The position numbers were made by a program, and so were the translations under genes. From the human T2T-CHM13v2.0 reference genome, Homo sapiens, in NCBI RefSeq assembly GCF_009914755.1, contig NC_060938.1: a stretch of 64,000 bases of DNA. One strand, 5' to 3'. This document shows positions 59,101-64,000 of this stretch, one piece after another; position 1 is the stretch's first letter, and every line of letters begins with the position of its first letter. Below the pieces are notes generated by a model. It did no database searches. It saw only the letters and a program-made list of their open reading frames with translations, and was not told where the DNA came from.

Positions 59101-62100
59101 TGCACTGATCACCGAGATGATGTAACTCTTGTATAGGCTTCGCCGACAGGGGTCATTGAGACATATCTCTGAAATGATCACCGAGGTGATGCAAGTCTTG
59201 TCTGGGATCTGCTTACAGTGGGCATTGTGACATATCTCTGCTCTGGTCACCCAGGTGATGGACTCTTGTCTTGGATCTGCCTATGGGGGCATAGTGACAT
59301 ATCTCTACACTGATCACTCATGTGATGTAACGCTTGTCTAAGCTGCGCCTAAAGGGGAATTGTGACAGATATCTCCACTCATCACCCAGGAGAACTAACA
59401 ATTTTCTTGGATTTTTCTACAGGGGGCTTTGTGACAAATCTTGGCACTGATCACCCAGGAGATGTACCTCTTGTCTAGGCTTGGCCTACAGGGGTTTTGT
59501 GACATATATCTGCACTGATCTCCCAGGTGATGTAACTGTTGCATAAGCTCTGCCTATAGGGGCATTGTGACAGATGTCTGCAGTGATCACTCAGGTGATG
59601 TAACAACTGTCTAGCCTCTGCTTAGAGGGGCCTTGTCACATATCTCTGCACTGATCACCCAGGTGGTGTAGCTCTTGTCTAGGCTCTGCTTACAGGAGGT
59701 ATTGTGACATATCTCTGCACTGATCACCTAAGTGATGTAACACTTGTGTAGGCTCTGCCTGCAGGGGTATTTTGACATATCTCTGAACTGTTAACCACGG
59801 TGATGTAACTCTTGTCTAGGCTGTGCCCACAGGGGTATTGAGACATATCTCTGCAATAATCCCGAGGTGATCCAACTCTTGACAGGTCTCTGTGTACTGG
59901 GGACATAGTGAGATATCTCTGCACTGATCTCCTAGGTGCTGTAACTTTAGTCTGGGCTCTGGCTACACGGCATCGTGACATATCACTGCAATGATCACCC
60001 AGGTGATATAACTCTTCTCTAGGATCTGCCTACAGTGTGCTTTGTGACTTATCCCTGCAATGATCACCCAGCTGATATACCACTTGTCAAGGATCTACCT
60101 ACAGAGGCATTGTGATGTATCTCTGCACTGATCACCTAGGTCATGTAACACTTGTCTAGGCTCTGCCTACAGTGGCTTTGTGACATATGTCTACACTGAT
60201 CACCCAGGTGATGTAACTCTTGTCTAGGATCTGCCTACAGGGACTTTGTGACATAACTCTGCACTGATCATCCAGGAGATGGGGCTTTGGTCTAGGCTCT
60301 GCCTAAGGGGGCATTGTGACATATCTCTGCACTGATCACCCAGGTGATGTAACTGTTGCAGAAGCTCTGTCTAAAGGGGAATTGTGAGAGATCTTGCCAC
60401 TGATCCCCGAAATGATGCAACTATTGTCTAGGCTTTGCCTAGAGGGGGCTTTGTGACATACCTTTGCACTGATCACCCAGGTGATGTAACTCATCTACGT
60501 TCTGCCTACAGGAGCTTTGTGACATATCTCTACACTGATCACTTAGGTGATGTAACACTTTTATAAGCACTGCATACAAGGAATTTTGAGAAATCACTGC
60601 ACTGATCACCTAGGTGATGTAACTCTTGTCTACCCTCTGCCAAAAGGGGGCGTTGTGAAATATCTCTGCACTGATCACCCAGGTGATTCAACTCTTGTCT
60701 AGGATCTGCCTTCCGGGGTGATGTGAAATATCTCTACACTGATCAACTTGGTGGTGTAACTCATATCTAGGCTCTGCCTACAGGGGCGTTTTCACATATC
60801 CATGAACTGAAGACAAAGGTGAAGTAACTCTTGCCTAAGCTTTGCCTACAGGGGATATTGTGACATATATCTGCACTGATAACCCAGGTGATGCAACTCT
60901 TGCCTAGGCTTTGCCTACAGGGGACATTGTGACATATCTCTGCACTGATCACCCAGGTGATGCAACTCTTCTCTATCCTCTGCGTACAGGGGGAATCTTG
61001 ACATATCTCTGCACTGATCACCCAGGTTATGTAACGATTTTCTAGTCTCTGCCTACAGAGGGCGTTGTGACATCACTCTGCACGGATCACCAGGGTTATG
61101 TAACTCTTTTCTAGGCTCTGCCTACAGTGGCAATGTGACTTATGGCTGCACTGATCACCCAGGAGATGTGACTCTTGTCTAACCTCTGCCTAGAGGGATA
61201 TTTGGACATATCTCTGCACTGATCGCTGAGGTGATGTAAAACTTGTCTAGGCTTTGCGTACAGTGGGATATATGACATATCTCTGCAATGATCACCCAGT
61301 TGATGTAACTCTTTTCTAGGCGCTGCTTACATGTGGTACTGTGAGATATATCTGCACTGATCACTCAGGTGATGTAACTCTTGTCTAGGCTCTGCCTACA
61401 GGGGCATTTTCACGTATCACTGCACTGATCACTGAGATGATGTAACTCTTGTATAGGGTTCACCGACAGGGGGCATTGAGACATATCTCTGCACTGATCA
61501 CCCAGGTGATGGGACTCTTGTCTAGTCTCTGCCTAAAGGGGCATTGTGACATATATCTACAGTGATCACGCAGGTGATGTAAGTCGTCTATATCTGCCTA
61601 CTGGTGGCATTTTGGCATATTTCTGCACTGATCACCAAGGTGATGGACTCTTGTCTTGGATCTGCCTATGCGGGCATAGTGGCATATCTCTGCACTGATC
61701 ACTCATGTGATGTAACGCTTGTCTAAGCTGAGCCTAAAGGGGAATTGTGACAGATATCTCCACTGATTACCCAGGTGGTGTAACAATTTTCTGGGATTTG
61801 TCTACAGGGGGCTTTCTGACATATCTTTGCACTAATCACCCAGGAGATGTAACTCTTGTGTAGGCTCGGCCTACAAGGGTTTGTGACATATTTCTGCACT
61901 GATAACCCAGGTGATGTAACTTTGGATTAGGCTCCACCTACAGGGGCTATTGTGACGTATCTCTGCACTGATCACCCAGGTGATGTAACTCTTGTCTAGG
62001 CTCCACCTACAGGGGGTATTGTGATGTATCTCTGCAGTCATCACCCAGGTGATTTGACATTTATCTAGGCTCTGCCTACAGGGGCGTTTTGACATAGCTC

Positions 62101-63101
62101 TGCACAGATAACCCAGATTATGTAACTCTTGCCCACTCTCTGCCTACAGGGGGCATTGTGAAATATCTCTGCACTGATCACCCAGGTGATGGGACTCTTC
62201 TCTATACTCTGCGTAGAGGGGGATTTGTGACATATCTCTGCACTGATCACTCAGGTGATGGAAGTCTTGTCTAGGCTCTGTCTATGGGGGCATTGTGTCA
62301 AATATCTGCACTGATCACCCAGATGATGTAACTCTTGTCTAGGCTCTGTCTACAGGGATTTTTGTGACATATCACTGCACTGATCACCTAGGTGATGTAA
62401 GCCTTGTATGGGCTTTGCCTACACGGGAATTCTCACATATCTCTGCACTGATCACCCAGGTGATGTAACTCCTCTCTACGTTCAGCCTACAGGAGTGTTT
62501 TGACATATCTCTGCACTGATCACCCAGGTGATGTAACCCTTGTCTAAGCTCTGCCTACAGGGGCATTGTGACAGATCTCTCCACTGCTCACCCAGGTGAT
62601 GTAACAATTGTCTGGGCTTTGCCTGCAGGGGGCTTTGTGATATACATTTCCACTTATCAAACAGGTGATGTAACCCTTGTCAAGGTTCTGCTTACAGGGG
62701 CTTTGTGACATATCTCTGCACTGATCACTCCAGGGAGGAAACACTTGTCTACACTCTGCATACAGGAGGCTTTACGACTTATCTCTGCACTGACCACTAG
62801 GTGATGTAACACTTGTCTAGGCTCTGTCTACACAGGAATTCTCACATATCTCTACACTGATCACCTAAGTGATGCAACACTTGTCTAGGTTCAGCCTACT
62901 GGGGATTTCTGACATACCTATGCACTGATCCCCGAGGTGATGTAAATCATTTCCAGGCTTTTTGTACAGGGGACATTGTGATATATCTCTGCACTGATCA
63001 CCCAAATGATGCAAATGTTCTCTAGTCTCCGCCGGGAGGGGTCATAGTGACGTATTTCTGAACTGATCATCCAGGAGATGTAACTATTCTCCAGGCTTTG
63101 A
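56139..63101 (-). repeat. Beta satellite array 9b, ~102 monomers
   Basis: Minus-orientation monomers after the strand switch. Confidence 0.95.
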
Positions 63102-64000
63102 CTAAAGAGCATCGGAAGGTTTTGGGAGAGCCTCAGCCAGAATTTTGCAGTCGGACAAGGGTACAGAGAGGCCAGCGGGCTCCTTTGCACGTCAGCCAGG
63201 GTGCAAAATGAGCGCAGGTCTGGCCAGGAGGCCGACAAAGTAAGCTAGAGTTCTCCGTTCCGCCACGAGGTGCTCCATGGTGGCAGCTGGGAGGCTGCAG
63301 GGGCATGGGCGGGCCGGCGAAGATGGCATGTAGGCACAGAGGAGGCGAGCCGCCGGAGGGGTATGAGACCTGTATGCTGCGCTTGACCGGTGTTTGGCGT
63401 GACGGGGGTCCCCACCCAGCCCAGTGGAGGATGCATTTTCATGTGGTGGAGGTTGGGGGTGGGGAGGGGGTGGTCAGGAGGGGGTGGAGTGGTGGGAAGG
63501 CATGAGAGCTCTGCCCGAGCCGCTGCCACAGCCCAGGCGGCTGCCCGCAAACCTACACGTGCGCAGTAGGTGGCCCACATGCTGGTACCTGGGCCGGCTC
63601 TGGTATCACCGGGATGCCCAGGAAATAATGGCAGTTCTCCGCTGTGTGGAGTCTCTCAACGGGCCTAGACCTGGAAGTCAGGAATCTCAGGTGAGTCAGC
63701 CTGGTTGAGGGGGCGGGGGGAAGACACGGCCCTCCTTAGCCAGCCTGGTGTTCCCAGCGAAAGAGAGGCCACCGCCCTGCCACAACCCGACCCCGTCCCA
63801 ACCCCGCGTCCTAAAGCTCCTGAGCAGAGCCCGGTATTCTTCCTCGCTGAGGGGTGCTTCCAGCGAGGCGGCCTCTTCCAAGGCCTCCATTTCCCCCGGG
63901 GCCTCCGTTTCTAGGAAAGGGTGCGCCTGCTGCAGAAACTCCGCGCTCTCCTGGAGCTCATCCAGCAGCAGGCCGGAGGGGCATGCATATGAGCGCTGTG
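63102..64000 (-). pseudogene. DUX4L: 3' part of D4Z4-like cassette I / DUX4-like pseudogene, cut by the window end
   Basis: [22 protein letters not shown] then a frameshift; ancestral stop at 63811-63813; KpnI 63584-63589; pLAM-like junction. Confidence 0.9.

Overview
Primate (most likely human) heterochromatic satellite DNA, not a prokaryotic locus. Bases 1-2247 are HSat3-type pentamer satellite (CATTC/CACTC) carrying repeated ~64-bp antisense Alu fragments. Bases 2248-64000 are a composite array of 68-bp beta satellite (Sau3A/BSR) alternating with nine D4Z4-like DUX4-family cassettes (A-I; seven full-length at ~2.7-2.8 kb, F truncated at both ends, I cut by the window edge). This matches the known D4Z4/LSau-beta satellite clusters of the acrocentric short arms and other pericentromeric regions; the chromosome cannot be fixed from the sequence alone. 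No cassette encodes full-length DUX4. Cassette E retains an open 170-codon double-homeodomain ORF (DUX1-like length) with TATAA and a good Kozak context. Every cassette with an intact 3' end terminates in a 4qA pLAM/exon-3-like junction carrying the beta-satellite hexamer GTCACA (GTCACT in I) instead of the FSHD poly(A) signal ATTAAA. An ~18-kb block (38142-56138) is inverted, with a fold-back junction on the left. Other rearrangement scars include a 22-bp templated inverted insertion, a 197-bp conversion tract, an apparently empty cassette site and microhomology deletions. I see no convincing new biological system; the interest lies in evolutionary and structural detail. Comparisons with DUX4, DUX1, DUX5 and pLAM rely on my recollection of those sequences and need confirmation by alignment.
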